Assembly (NCBI RefSeq): GCF_902652985.1
Contig: NC_047020.1
Coordinates: 15,748,001 to 15,812,000, forward strand
Direction: 5' to 3'
DNA from: Pecten maximus
Taxonomy: Eukaryota
DNA: 64,000 nt
Positions within the stretch are counted from its first letter, which is position 1. Every line of letters starts with the position of its first letter. Positions 35,377 through 53,690 of the stretch are shown piece by piece. Both the position numbers and the translations under genes were made by a program. The notes under the pieces are model-generated. The model had not been told where the DNA came from. It saw only the letters and a list, made by a program, of their open reading frames with translations, and made no database searches.

Positions 35377-36776
35377 AATAATATAAAATTGGAAAGTGTC
35401 AATTTACCGCCAGTTTTGCTTTAAATAATGACCGCTCCCTACGGAGGTAATGTAAACAAGGCAGCGAAAATGACAGGGTGTCTGCAGTCAATGCTGTTAT
35501 TAGTTGTACTTTGGTGGATTTATATTCAGTTTTATTTATAATCGGATCAAATGATATTTTCCCTAAGTATTTGCAAATTCACATGGCAATCAACAATTGG
35601 GATTATTTTAAATAAAATATTTAATCATCCTGTATCAATTTTATCGGAAGAGAGTCGTATCAGTTAAAATTTGTTTTCAAAACGAACTTAATCTGAAAAG
35701 ATGTACTTAAAATGGCATATGTTCCACTAAAGATTGGCATTAGTCAACATATAAACAAAAAGGTACAGTCCTCGACCACTTGGAGGAAAAACGCAAAAAT
35801 TTGTCAGGTGTGGGAAATAACGTACCCTTGCTCTATATCTGCCATTCAGGCATATGCTATGTTTCATACATGGATAATTAAACATGTTATCAGTATGATG
35901 CTCAGTATGTTGACATTATTCATTAAAAACAATAAACCAAAATAAACACTCTGGACCACAGACATAAACAATTCAAAGTTGTATTGACCACTTATGTCAT
36001 GAAGTCAAGTCTAGTAATTTTTGTTTTACCTTTGTGCATATGATAAAATGATAATAAGCAAACAGGGAATTAGCATTGCATACTTATCAAATGTGTACAA
36101 TGTATTTTCAAACAATGTCAACAAGCTGCTTGCTGCAATGATCACACATATAACTGAAGGTTACATTTTCTAATGATGTCAACAAACTGTTTTGCTGCAA
36201 AGATCACACATTCAACCAATTACGGAAGTGTTCAATCCAAGATTCTTGCACTAAGAGGGCCAGTTGGGCCCACAATGTTAAAAAAAAAACATTTCAAACA
36301 CGAAAGAACTACCAAAGATACTTGTTCAAGGAATAGAAATGTAACCATTTTGACACAAATTTGCTAATGTCTGCACTGTATTAAAAGTATGAATAATGAC
36401 TTTTTTTGCAGTCATACATTTATTTAGCACAACTCTGCCACATGATAATTAACCTGGATAATGATATTATCAGAAATACAATTATAGATAGATATAAGAA
36501 ATATCCAGCCTGAGAAATTGGTGACACATCTTGTCTTTGTAGATATAAAAGGAACTCATTTCAAATTCTTTTTATCTTGAAAACCCCCATTTTTCTCAGA
36601 ATGATCAATCACTGTTGGAGAAGTATTTCTTCCCCTGACTTCTGACTTGTCATTTTTTATCAGAAGACTTTCCAACTTTCTCTTAAACCTTTCGTCTTTA
36701 TTAGGACAAACTCCTGAAAATATCAAAATTTATAATGTTGGAACAATCAGAAGTATTATTCTTTCATATTTAGACT

Positions 36777-36950
36777 CAGGGCATCCAGTAGACCCTTGAG
36801 AGTATGTTTTTGACTCTCCAAAATCAGATCTGACTCTTGAGTTTGAAGGAGCATGTCTATTTGAGATAATGTTTTGACCACTCATATTTCTGAGAAAAGA
36901 TGATTTGACTTCTGAAATTGCTAAAAGTCAAGGGTCAACTGGAAGCCCTG
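36777..36950. mobile_element. MITE, copy 2 (174 bp) of the same family, 5-bp TSD AGACT
   Basis: Highly similar to 35219-35376 with an extra ~16-bp internal segment; AGACT at 36772-36776 and 36951-36955. Confidence 0.88.
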
Positions 36951-39447
36951 AGACTCATAATAGATTGAAATATCCTGAGTCGAGAAACAACTTTTGATGC
37001 TTGTAGCTTTCATCACCGTGACATAAACCTAAGGGTTAATCATAATCACTTAAATGATAGAAATCCAAATGCGGCAGATCAGCCCGTCGGGGTGTACAAA
37101 TTGTGCCATTTTAATCATAAAAGGTCATTGACACAATGGCGCGTCTTTCATTGATCAATATCTTGGATTGTTCTGAAGACAGATTTCAATGGTTATGATA
37201 TATATGTGTAAAATGATTGAAACCCTGTAACTATGCATTCTGTCATGTTTAAATATTTAAGATTTTAATTTAGATATGTAGAATGGTGTTTTACATAAAA
37301 CATGTATTTCTCATGTAATCATATTAGATATTTAAAACTTGGCCAGGTCGACAAATAATCTATCAATCAACTGTTGTTGATGGAATTGAACAGCACTTGC
37401 CAAATAAAAAACTTGAAATCACAGATGGTTAAATATCAAAAGGGATACATGCCAAATTTAGTATGGCCTCTTTTGGTATTTCAAGGAAATACCAAGAGAT
37501 GGTCATGCTAATCTTAGACAAATTGTATGCCTTGCATTGAAGTGCCATGTGTTTATTACCAGTACTTTTTTTAACAACAAAATGTAATGATTACCAAATT
37601 AATTACATTGTGAAAGTGATTTTGTTTTTATTTAATTACAATACCAAGTAAATTCCAATGTGAACCAAATAAAAATGCAATCCATATTACATAAATTCAT
37701 TTTAAAGGTGTGACCTGTTCATGTTATAACCATGGTATCAAAAGTTAAGATTGAAAATTGCTCTTTCACAAAGTAAGGTTTATTCTATTTCATCCTACAG
37801 TATTTCGTTGTTGGAGTTTTTAGTTCCATGTGGCACACTACAGTTAACAAAGCAATGCTGCAGGTGTTATTTTTCATACACCTGTGCAGTAAAAACCAGT
37901 ATCAAAGTGTCCTTTATATGCAGTGTTTTAAATTTTTGAATTTGATTATTAATATTTCAGTCAAGTAAATCGTGTATTTGACATAATGTATAGCAAAAAG
38001 GGATGTCATTTTCATGGAAGATTGATTTAATCTCTTATAAATATGTAATACAATTGCTTTTTCCACATTTCATCATGATCATGATTAAACTTCCTTAAGC
38101 ATATAATTGAGAATGTATGATTGAAATGTATATTACCAAAGGCTGTAAAATATGATAATGTCTCTTCAAGATTTTATATGAACAGATTGTCATCATGTTT
38201 CCTCTGCTGTTTTCTGGTCACATTATTGTATTAGTTAATGGTTTTCAAAATGTCACAGTTTTTACTTCAAGTTCAACATAAACCCATACTTGTGTTAAGA
38301 TTTCTGCTAAAATATTATTAGTGTGTACACGTCGCCAAATAAACACTGGCAGATATCTGATCTGTATAATGTGTGGCAGAGTTATGTCACCACGATATTC
38401 AGCGATCTTTTGTATGCAACCCTGTTGCACTTAAGTGTGTACAGGCCAGTCATGCATCCTATACTTATAAAGTACATTGTACTTCACCTTTCATCCCTTT
38501 GGTATTGGGTACTTATAAACTGCTATGGTTTTCATATTGTGTTACAATATTCTGGCAGCGCACTTAAAAATGGTGGTTGACTAATGTGAAATGTGCAGGG
38601 GGATGTGATAATATCCTATAATGTATATACCTAAGTATGCAGACAGCAATGTGTCAGAAGGTTTTTCGGCAAGAGTTTTCAGGATAAACAAAAAAGCAAT
38701 ACTAGCAGAATCAGCAACCAATTTATATGCCAACAATTAAACTGTTGGTAATGTATAATGTGATAAATATTATTATCATTTTCTTGCACAAATTGAAATC
38801 GGTTATATAGGTTATGACTTAGGATTGAGCCCAACACAGTTGTTCATCCTTATAGAAATTGGGTAATGTGGTACATATGCTTGGCCTTGCTTAAGTTGCT
38901 TATTTAATAAGCATTTATTATTATCACCTTCCATTTAATCTTTATAAGCTAAGAATGTATTATGTAAATACATGTTTATCAGGATCTAGGTTTTTGCCTC
39001 ATTGACTTCAAGCTTGTTATTTTCACACCCAAAACTTATCCGTTTCCTTATTTTCACACCCAAAGCTTATCCGTTTCCTCTATTGCTATAGTTAGTATGT
39101 AATAGACGGGCTATTTTCTCTGGGTCAATGATTGCTAGTCAGGCATAAAATACCCCCTGATCTGATACCTTATAACTGACTGATCATGACTAGTCATAGA
39201 ACACAATATACTACTATTTAACAATACTGAACAACTGGTATTGTGGTATGTAGGAGTGATATTCAGTGCTAAGCATTACTTAAATTGGTTTGATGTAGTT
39301 TTAATCTCTAGAAAGTGAAGCTGTGACTGTTGAGTTCAAAATTACTAACATATGACATAATGTTGTGATTCATGTTTTTGTTCTTTATCTTCCAATTATA
39401 AAATCATCAACTTATATTTTTGATTTCTATCTTTCAGATATTATTGA

Positions 39448-43676
<4,229 letters not shown>

Positions 43677-46600
43677 GTGCATTTTACGCACATACTGAAC
43701 CTAGGTCATACAGAAAAGAGAGAAAAATCTCCAAATAAAATCAACAAAAAGGACTAATCTCGTCAACTCCTGTTGGATTGTGATCTGCATTTTGTTGCAT
43801 ATTCGTATTTCGTTGTAGATATTGATGTGTGTAAATGATTGTGAATGGTATGTTCCAGCAATTGTTTCCCCATTCATTGGAAAAAATTATGCCCTAAGAT
43901 TATTACTATAAACAAAGACTTCAAAAAACTTCACATCCAGAAAGTTTGTGAAAATAGCAATTATTTACTAACACAAGTAGATATTGTTTCTAGAGTAATA
44001 AGCAAGTTCTTTTACGACGATCATAAGAATCCTGATTATTAGTCAAATCTGGTATAAATGGGGATTTCATTAGAGTATATAACCAATGCTGTACAGGCAT
44101 AATTGTTTAATTGATAGACATCAGCTTTTCTGTTGTCACATTCTGTAAAACAGATTTATCATTCAGTATATTAATGTGTTAGAAAATTGAATACCAACAA
44201 ATAAGTAACACTGTGTGCTTCATTTAATGAAGTACTTTAGATTTGGAGCTTGCAACCTTTAGAATGAAGACAAATTTTGTCAACATTAATTATTTCATTT
44301 GTTAGATTTCTGAATAAAAGGTATCATTGTCTGAAGAATATGTAATGTTTTAACAAAGCAATAACTATGAGAAAATTGACTCTATGTAGGTAAATCTTTG
44401 ATATATCTGTATATTTACTATCAATGCCTATTTGAATGATGAATTTAATGAGAAGCAATAATTGATGTTTGTTTCCCGACCCCTTTCTCTTTTCTTCAAC
44501 CAATAATATTCATCTCTTCTGTATTCAGGGAGGTTTTTGTAGGTTGTTATTTTTTTTAAGCAATTCAGAAACAATAATTCATGCTACCTCTGGATTGTAA
44601 TTACTTGACAATTCTGGAACACCGAATGTCATGCATGTTATCATGCATGCTGGGACAATTCAGAAGATGTCATAAAATGAAGTTGATAAAATCCCCATTT
44701 TGAATTTACATATTAACAAGATATTTTTTATTCATTTATATTTTATACTGTCAATGTTGTACCTGTGAAAGATTTACACACAGAAAAAAAAACTAGAGTG
44801 TTCAGTAGTCTAATGAAGTTTTCATCTAAAATAACATGGGGTATGTTTAACATACACTCTTCTTGATGAAAAATTATATCCATGTCTGGAGAGTGCTACA
44901 CATGAAGGGGATCTCGTTTTCTGTGATGAACTAGGAGGTTCTAAAAGCTGATATTGTTGCAATGCTTAGTGAAAGTTCAGCAAAACAATTTGAAATCTAT
45001 AGAGTATAGACATGAAATTACACTGTTATGGAGACCATTTTATTTTATGCATTCTCCACTTGAAAGAGAGAGCTGTGCTCTCAAAACATTGTGGAATAAT
45101 TTAATAAGTTTTTCTATGCATATCTGCTATTTTTGTTAACATCTGATCCAGTCACAAGACACCGATATTGCTTTTTCATTCATTTGGATGAAAAACATCT
45201 AGTCTGCTGAAACACAAGGTAGATTTATAGTCAAATTAGCCACTAAAATCTCATTGTATGACTGTTCTGATATGATTTAAAATGTTATGGAAATGTCATT
45301 AAATGATGATTTTGAAGGCAGTCTTGTATTCACGTGAATAGTATGTTAAAAATACTGAAGTATTAAAAGTTATTTGTTTTGTTTGAAAGGAATTTAACTA
45401 AGTTTTATACTATAATAAGATATGTTTGAAATTGAAATTTCATTGTATTGGAACCTTCTACTGTGAAAATCAAATGTGTGATGTGTCTGCTGTAGTAACC
45501 GTGATAATATCCATAATAGTATCCCATTATCTTTCAATTTGTATGCAGGCAGATTTGTTGCCAGTTATGGAGTATCAAAATATCACTATATTTCGGGCTT
45601 CCAGTAATGTGTTTCCATGTCTTGCATGTTGTTATGAAGGTCTACTTAGGCTATATATGTGTAGTTAAACTTTTCACATGCACCATACTTAAGCATTATT
45701 TGTGTAGTAATTTTGTCATGTGTGTTATGAAACAGGTTTTGCAATTTTTGTGGTTATACTTCAGACTGTATGTGTACACTCGCAGTCATTATAATACCAG
45801 AAATCACTTGAGTCGTCTTCTCTAATTTATAGTACATGTATTAGGAATCTTGTCAGGCTTCAGTAGGTAAACATATTAATTGTTAAACACTCAAACTGAA
45901 GACCTGATACGTACCTGATATCATGGAGTTAATTCTGATTGAGAATCTCAAATATGTTTGTGTACCGTGTCATCTTAAACTGCCAGGGTAACAGCAATGT
46001 ACAGATAAACAAGTAGTTCTGTATAAGATATACACTATCTGGATTTGTTGTAAACTGTCATGGAGTATAGCAACACTTCAATAATGTCTTTCTCTTGCAT
46101 TCCTAGTTTTTATAACTTAAGTACTTTATCCGTACAAAACCTAAGACAAGAAAAGCCAGCTTCATGAGTGCCATTTTAATGTCAATATGATAATCTGTTT
46201 GTTAGTGTTATGCTATTATAAAAATGGAAAGCTTGGGATGTGTCATGTTAAATGCCTGTATTTCCTTCCGTGGTATTATTATCAATATTGTAACGTTATT
46301 GCTGTTGATCAGATAAACATGGTGTTGTCATGTCACATTCTGGTTTTAAAATGTGACATAAATTCAAATTATTTTAGGGAGATATTCCTTGTCTAAAACT
46401 TATATCCTGGATTGCTTCACTGTAAGAGATTGATACTAGTTAGGTTAAATTACTTACATTTGAATTAAGAAAATCAACATCAAATTATATATACTGTTTA
46501 ACTGACACCAGTGTAGTGTCTGACACAAATCTTCCACATTTTGTTGACTTTAGACCAAAATTTTTATTAAGTCTCTTTTACGATCTATTGGATGTTAATT

Positions 46601-48330
46601 GTTGTGTACAGGAATGTTAACATAATTACATGGCTGAGACAATCACATGCTGTAACTACAAACTGCTGTTGTCATTAATCATAGCTGTATATCCAAGTGA
46701 CTATGTCCTCATGATTAGTTTGTCGTTGTTTTGTACATCATCAAGTTACACTTGTCTTTGCATTCTTTAATTTGTTTGATTTGTTTAACACTATGCTATT
46801 TTTAAAGACCTTTTAGTTTAAAATCATTGTGAGCTTCTGATAAAGATATAACAAATCTTCACAAAAATCAGTTCAATTAAAAAAAATACTGATTTTAATT
46901 ATGATGCTTTAAGTTATAAATCATTGGCATAAGGAACATAAAAGCAATTCAGCAGTTTTCTTCTTTGTAACTTGTCAAGAAATACTACAGAAGTGTTCAT
47001 CAGGCAGCTTCTTGATTTCATTTGAATTGCTAGGCTAACCTTTCCTGGTAGAACAGATAATCTTCTGGTAGAGAACATATTGAGTCAGTATTCTACATAA
47101 ACATGTAACTGTGTTCATTCTACATACAATAACACTGAAAGTGGGTATGATAACCATGCTTTTGTTTGCATGCTTTTTCGTTCATTTTTATTCAGCATTT
47201 CTGTTCCCTGTTTGAATGAGAAGGATGAGATAAACCCTCCTATATCGCTGATTTGTTATTTTATTTTTCCTTGTTTTGTCCTACAAAGAAATGAAGTATT
47301 GGAAAGTATAATTTTAGATAAAAAGTATCTTAATGTTGATAAATCGTTTTAAATAGATATTTCTTTGTTATGAATATATTGTCTCTATTTTTGTTATGAA
47401 TCTGAGATGCTTTAATATGGACCATGTTCAATACAAACTAATCTATAATATACTTGGTATGCACAAGATAGAAATCCAAGAAATGGAAGATAAAGGTATT
47501 TGATAATTTTTTATTGAAAAAGATAATTAATTATTCTTGTGCTTATGATAATTTACAAAAAGAAAAAAGCAAATAATCATATGATCATAGAGAGTGTCTA
47601 ATTAAAAGCTAAGTGAAGGTCTTGAAAATATGTATACAAGTTGTGAGTATGCACAACCACTGATTGTTTTGACTGTTGAAAATAACTTTAACAATTTTTT
47701 TTTCAAGAAATTAGAATCTCTCCAACTTGCGGTGCTATATAAATTATCATTTTTCTGTGTCTAATGCAGATGCTGCGCTAAAATTGAGTATTTATTTGAC
47801 TTCTGTGTTTTAACCTTTAAATTGAACGTTAACCTATTGTAATGATTAGAGACAACTGCTTCAGTGTAAGCCATTGATTGGCCAAGGAATTTACCGTACA
47901 ACTGAACTTGTCAATGTTTAGGATGACGGCATTGATTACCTTGTGTGTATTAATGATATATTTTGAACATGGTCCATTATTGTTATTAAAAACTGTAGAA
48001 ATGACTATTCATTTCACGTGATCTGACAAGAGTGCTAAGACCATGAACTGTGACCAGTTTTGTAAACAGTGCTGGGCATTGTTTTATTTGATAAGCTTTG
48101 TTTTGAACATTGCTTGCTTTTGTTCAAATGAGAGTAGGTGTCTAAGAAATATGAAAACTAATTCAGTCCTGTTTTCCCCTGAACTTTTTTACATAACATT
48201 GTTCAAAGGACAAAACAACAACTGTGTTATTGTGTATTTTGTACAGGTTGGCTAAGACAACATTTAGCTTAGATTTTTTTCTACACTATTGTATGATATT
48301 ATTTCCATGTAATAATAAACTTACAACACA
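43677..48330 (+). other. Probable long (~4.6 kb) 3' UTR of SMAD1/5
   Basis: No recognisable TE or satellite for 4.6 kb after the stop; AATAAA at 48314-48319 followed by a T/GT-rich tract. Earlier AATAAA sites exist (about 43735 and 44313). Confidence 0.5.
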
Positions 48331-49529
48331 CTTCTTTGTTTTAATTGTTGATATTTTAGCCTTTCATCAGATCAGATGATTGGCCTTTCAAAGCTGGGTG
48401 TAGATGTAGTCCCAAGTTTAAAATCCTCCTTTCATCTAAAATGCATGTCCATGTCGTAACTTCTGGACTTCTGAAGAACATTTGAAACATTTCCTTAGAA
48501 ATACCTCGCTAATTTGAACTTATTGATACTCAAGAGGAAAGGAGTGCGATTCTAATATTACCAAATTGCTACCACCCAAATGTGATGTATACACAAGCAA
48601 ATATCAGGCTAATCCAGAGAATCACATATCCTCAAGCTTTTGATTCTTATTAGGCAAAAAAAAAAGGAATTTGGTTATCCTTTTCATATCATATGCCATG
48701 GTCATAAACTAGGTACTTTAGATCTGCAGATCTTTCATTGAACCATAATTGATTAAAAGATCCTAAGGACTCTGCTTTTAAATTTCTAAATTGATTGATA
48801 TGTGAAAGGGTGTAAGAGTCTGGGATCTGAACCCTTGCCTTCTTGCACAAGTGAGTGAACTCCTCTTTAATGCTTAGCAAGTGTTTATATTCTTTAAAGT
48901 GTGAAAATCATGCCATGACAATACTAGTCCCCAGTGCAGTGGTGGCCAATCCTGGAATCTCAAATGCTTACAGGAGGGTTTAAGGGTTAAACATTTCCCT
49001 TCTAGCCAAACTATGTTGCCCATGGAATTCCTTTGCATGTCTATTTGCCACCATCAACATGCAGGTAGGGAGGGCACAACGCGCTCGGTTAATGTAGCTT
49101 TGAGCTCCCTTTGGCTCCTGACGATGCTTCAACAAGAACTTGTCCTTTCATTGATATGGAAGGAACTGACTGATGTTGCACTGCAGCCTTAAGATGACCA
49201 CAATTTTTTCTTTACATCGAGATTACTTAATTTGCCGTGGCATATCAATCATTGTTGTCTGAAGGGCTGTTACTGTGTGATAATTTGAGTTCTTAGGAAC
49301 CAACAAACCTGTATGTTTTACATTGAGATATAGCAATTAATGTCTAAAGTTCAAGGTCAACAATACAGTATAAATAGAAAGTTTTTTCCACTCAAGATTC
49401 TTTGGTTAACTCAAATTCCTGCTGACATCTCAACAGGTGTAACGTCAAATGTTTCCCATTTGCTTAAAAGAATCATTTTCTTCAGTATTTATCTTATTTA
49501 TTAGGAAGGGGAATCCAGACAGCCATTGT

Positions 49530-51218
49530 TCGCTCACCTGGTCCGAATGACCAAGGTTAGCTTAGGCCATACCATGGCGTCCGGCATCCGTCTGTCAAAC
49601 AACAATTGGCTTCTTCATAACCGCTGATCAGAATTGAACAAAATTTCACTGGTAGCATCATTATAGGGAGGGGGATTAAAAATTGTACAAATGGTGGGGG
49701 CTGAGGGGCAGGGCCAAAAGGGGTCTATTTTGCTTAATTGATGCAAAAGACTTCTCTGGAACTAAGCAATTAATATCACTAATATTTGTCTGGAAGTATC
49801 ATTATGGGGTTGGGATTCAAATTGTACAAATGGGGTTGACCCCCAGGGGGCCTGAGGGTGGGGCCAAAAGTGGTCAATTCGGCTTAATTGATATTAACAA
49901 CTTATTTGAAACTAAGCAATTGATATTGCTCATATTTGACTGATTCTACATATTCTTATGGGTTAGAGATACAAAATTGTACAAATGGTGGGGCTGATGG
50001 GCGGGCCCAAAATGGGTCCATAATCCCCCATATGGCAATATTGATATTAATGACTTATTCTCTGGAACTAAGCAATGTATGACATTGATATTTCAGTGGT
50101 AACATCCCCAGGAGGCTCGGATTTAAATTAATACAAATAATGGGGCTGACACTTCCCCGCCCCTACCCCCACCCCCTGAGGTCTGGCGTCTTTCCGTACC
50201 CAGAAGACTTATTTCTTTCATTTTCCACACCCCATAACCATAACCCCATAATCCTCATGTAAAAATAGGCCCGGGGTCTTTTCCCACCCCAAGGGACTTA
50301 TAGTTTCTTTAAATACAATCATGTTGAATCTTGACATCATTTCTGGGTTTAATCTTTGGAGCAGTCGAGACCCCCACAACATAATTATACATCAACAAAT
50401 AAAGCCAAAATGTATTAGCAAATGGATCATAAACATAAATAGCTCACCTGGTCCGAAGGACCACAGTGAGCTTATGCCATACCGCGGCATCCGACGTCCG
50501 TCTGTCAACAATTGGCTTCTGAACCGCTGATCAGAATTTAACCAAATTTGGAAGGAAGCATCCGTAGGTGGCTGGGATTCAAATTTTTACAAATGTTGGG
50601 GCTGACCCCCCAGCAGTCTTTGGGAGGGGCCAAAAGGGGTCCATTAGCAATATTGATATTAACGACAAAGGACTTCTTCTCTGGACCTTAGCAATGTATG
50701 ACATTGACATTTCAATGGTAACATCCCTAGGTGGCTGGGATTCAAATTTATACATATGATGGGGCTGACCCTCCAGGGGTCCGATTGGCGGGGCCAAAAG
50801 TGGTCCATTTGGCGATATTTATATTAACAACTTCTTCTCTGGACCTAAGCAATGTATGACATTAGTATTTCAGTGGTAACATTCCTAGGTGGCTGGGATT
50901 CAAATTTATACAAATGATAAGGCTGACTCCCCAGGGGCCTGAGGGACTGGGCCTAAAGGGGTCCATTTGGCAATATTGATATTAACGACTAATGAATTCT
51001 TCTCTGGCCCTTATAGCAATGTATGACATTGATATTTCATCGATAAGATCCCTAGGTGGCTTGGATTCAAATTTATACAAATGATGGGCTGATTCCTCCC
51101 CTTTGAAGCACCCGATAATCATAGCATTGTAAGACATTAACAAATATAACCTGAAAATTATTTTCATGTTTGCTCACATAAACCATGTGAGCGACTCAGG
51201 CCATATGGGCCTCTTGTT
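49530..51218 (+). mobile_element. Two nested or tandem HINE-type elements with degenerate ~170-bp repeats
   Basis: GCTCACCTGGTCCGAA.GACCA..GT.AGCTT plus CCGTCTGTC modules at about 49532 and 50441; repeated GGGGCTGACCCC..GGCCAAAAG.GGTC units; 3' end GTGAGCGACTCAGGCCATATGGGCCTCTTGTT. Confidence 0.78.
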
Positions 51219-51415
51219 TTCATGATCGTGAGAAATTTAAGTTGTTGGCAATGTTGACATTTATTCCGAACAAATCTATGCAATACATGTATATATATAT
51301 AATTTATAATGGATCTCTGCGTCATCTCTTCTATTGGCCACCCAAGACTAATCCTTTTCAGAGTAATCATACGTTTTACAAAGATATTTCCAATTTCCCA
51401 AACATTCTACCTATA

Positions 51416-52612
51416 TTTTAGGTCACTTGAGCTGAAGCCTTGTGATTGACCTATTAAAATTGCGACAGATGGCCATCTTGGATTTTGACCATTGAAGTTT
51501 GTTACTGCCAGTTCTCAAAATGTAATGAAAGGATTTTTATAAATTTCATATGGAGGTTCCCCTTGGTCACTTGTGTGCATATTTGTTTTTGGGGGCGATC
51601 AGAAAAGAACATGGTCGACAGTCGGCCATCTTGGATTTAGACTATTAAAGTTTGATATCGCTACAGTATTCCTCTTTCTCCAATCACATATGTAAATTTC
51701 CCTTGGTTCTTAGTTGTGCATATTGCATTTTGGAACCGATCACTAAACAGTCTAGCCGACAGGCAGCCATCTTGGAAATTGACAATTGAAGTTTATCGCT
51801 TTTTTTCAGAAAGTACTATAGGAATTTTTACTCAAATTTCATATGTAGATTTCCTTTGGTTCTTAGGTTTGCATATTGGATTTTGGGACCGATCAGAAAA
51901 CACAGAGAATTATCAGTAAATGCAGTATGATGGTACAATTGAAGTTTGTTATCGTTTTTTTTCAGAAAGTACTGAAGGAATTTTTCTCAAATTTCATTTG
52001 GTTCTTAGGTTTGCATATTGGATTTTGAGACCGATCAGAAAACACAGAGAATTATCAGTAGATGCAGTATGATGGTACCAGTATGCACATATTGGCACTG
52101 ATTGTCACCCAAGGGCTGATAGGTGAGGCCAAAATGGGTCAAACTGACTGAAATAGAACCATGGGCCTCTTAATTCATACTTCCACCAAATCTGATTCTT
52201 GTAATGATCAGAAAATGGATGAGTCACCATAAAATAAGCTATCTCACTTTCCTTAATAATACTCCATAACTTGGAAGTGATCTTAAGCCATGATGTGCTG
52301 TCTGTCGTCCATCCATCAGCTGTTCGTCCGGCATCAACTTCTTCCTTTAAACTACTTCTTCTCAAAAACCAGAAGGTCTAGAATCATATATGGCTTGTAT
52401 GTTCCCTGGAAGCCCCACAAATTTTGAGAAAAATTGATCTTGACCTTTACTGGGGTTACTGGGGTCAAAGTTTTTAAAACCTTTAATGACCTCTTCTTAA
52501 AACCCAAAAGGCCTAGAATCAATTTAAATTCTTTTGATTGACAGAAAGACAGAGAATCACCAAAGAAAAGAATACTAGGTGGTGCAGGATGCATGCCCAT
52601 TAGGCCTCTTGT
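51416..52612 (+). mobile_element. Decayed HINE-type fragments, including diverged copies of the 155-bp monomer
   Basis: TTTAGGTCAC..TGACCTA start; GCCATCTTGGATTTTGAC.ATTGAAGTTTG monomers at about 51470-52080; GCCCATTAGGCCTCTTGT end. Confidence 0.68.
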
Positions 52613-53690
52613 CTGTTCATGAGCCTATGTATTCCCTGTAATACATGTACTTACACTGATATTGAAGATTTGTTAAATTTAATACACTTATATTTTGCTT
52701 TGATACAGGATTAATATTTAAACTTTGTAACCAAGTTATTAATCATTGTAACTTTGCTGTTCTAATGGTCTATCAAATGAACTTTTTCAGCGAGAAGTCA
52801 CCAGTATTTTAACAGGAATACATTGCTGCATGTGTATTAAATACCAACAAAATAAATCTTACACATTAGAATTATTCAAATATTTATAAATCACATTTTG
52901 AATTGAAATTATTTATTGTGTTGAGTTACAGAATACAAGCTTTTTAATTAAATTTAGAAACTATCTAATTAACATTTTATTGCACATTTCACTTCTGTAA
53001 CACAGCATAGAAAAGAAAAGGGATCTTTGACTGGACTGATATAGAAATATTAGGGATATAAAAGTATTAGGAGATAATTTTTAATACATTTTTGTTAGTC
53101 GGTATGAAAGAGACATACTACTAAACTAGGACAGCAATGATCAGGAATTACAACACATTGATTACTCACTGTTAATAATACTGTCTATAGATCAATATCC
53201 AAAACATTTATAATCACTCTGAGTATTAGCAATGAACTTTAATACTCCTGTAAATATACTACAGATGTAGACTAAAGTTCTACATTGATTGGCTGTTTGT
53301 AAAACCATCTTAGTAATAAAAATTATATTATAAACTCCTAATCCTCCATCAATAGGAATGTATCTGTATGGCAATGATTTGTATTGATAAACTCATTTTC
53401 CAAAGATAGGGTTATAAGGATCTCTAAAGGGCCTAGCTCCCAATCATGCCTGGCAATGATGATCTATAAAGCAGTTCTATGTCCAAAGTTTGGTATCCTA
53501 GAGTCTTGTTTTGCATTTTATCAGATTTCCTTTAATATACAACGTCAAATGACCCCTGTCATTATAAAATGTACATGATTCAAGACATGTTTAAAATAAT
53601 AAACCTCTCGTGCTCACACTCAGAAACATCTGACATTCATTTCACCCTAAATGGACCATTTTACTCCTTAATGTGACTATATAATGTCTC

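Noticed and set aside
48400-49300. Slightly GC-richer stretch with a 63-aa minus-strand ORF (48689-48880), possible pseudogene fragment
   Set aside because: Stops in the frames I read, no recognisable domain and no consistent splice signals.
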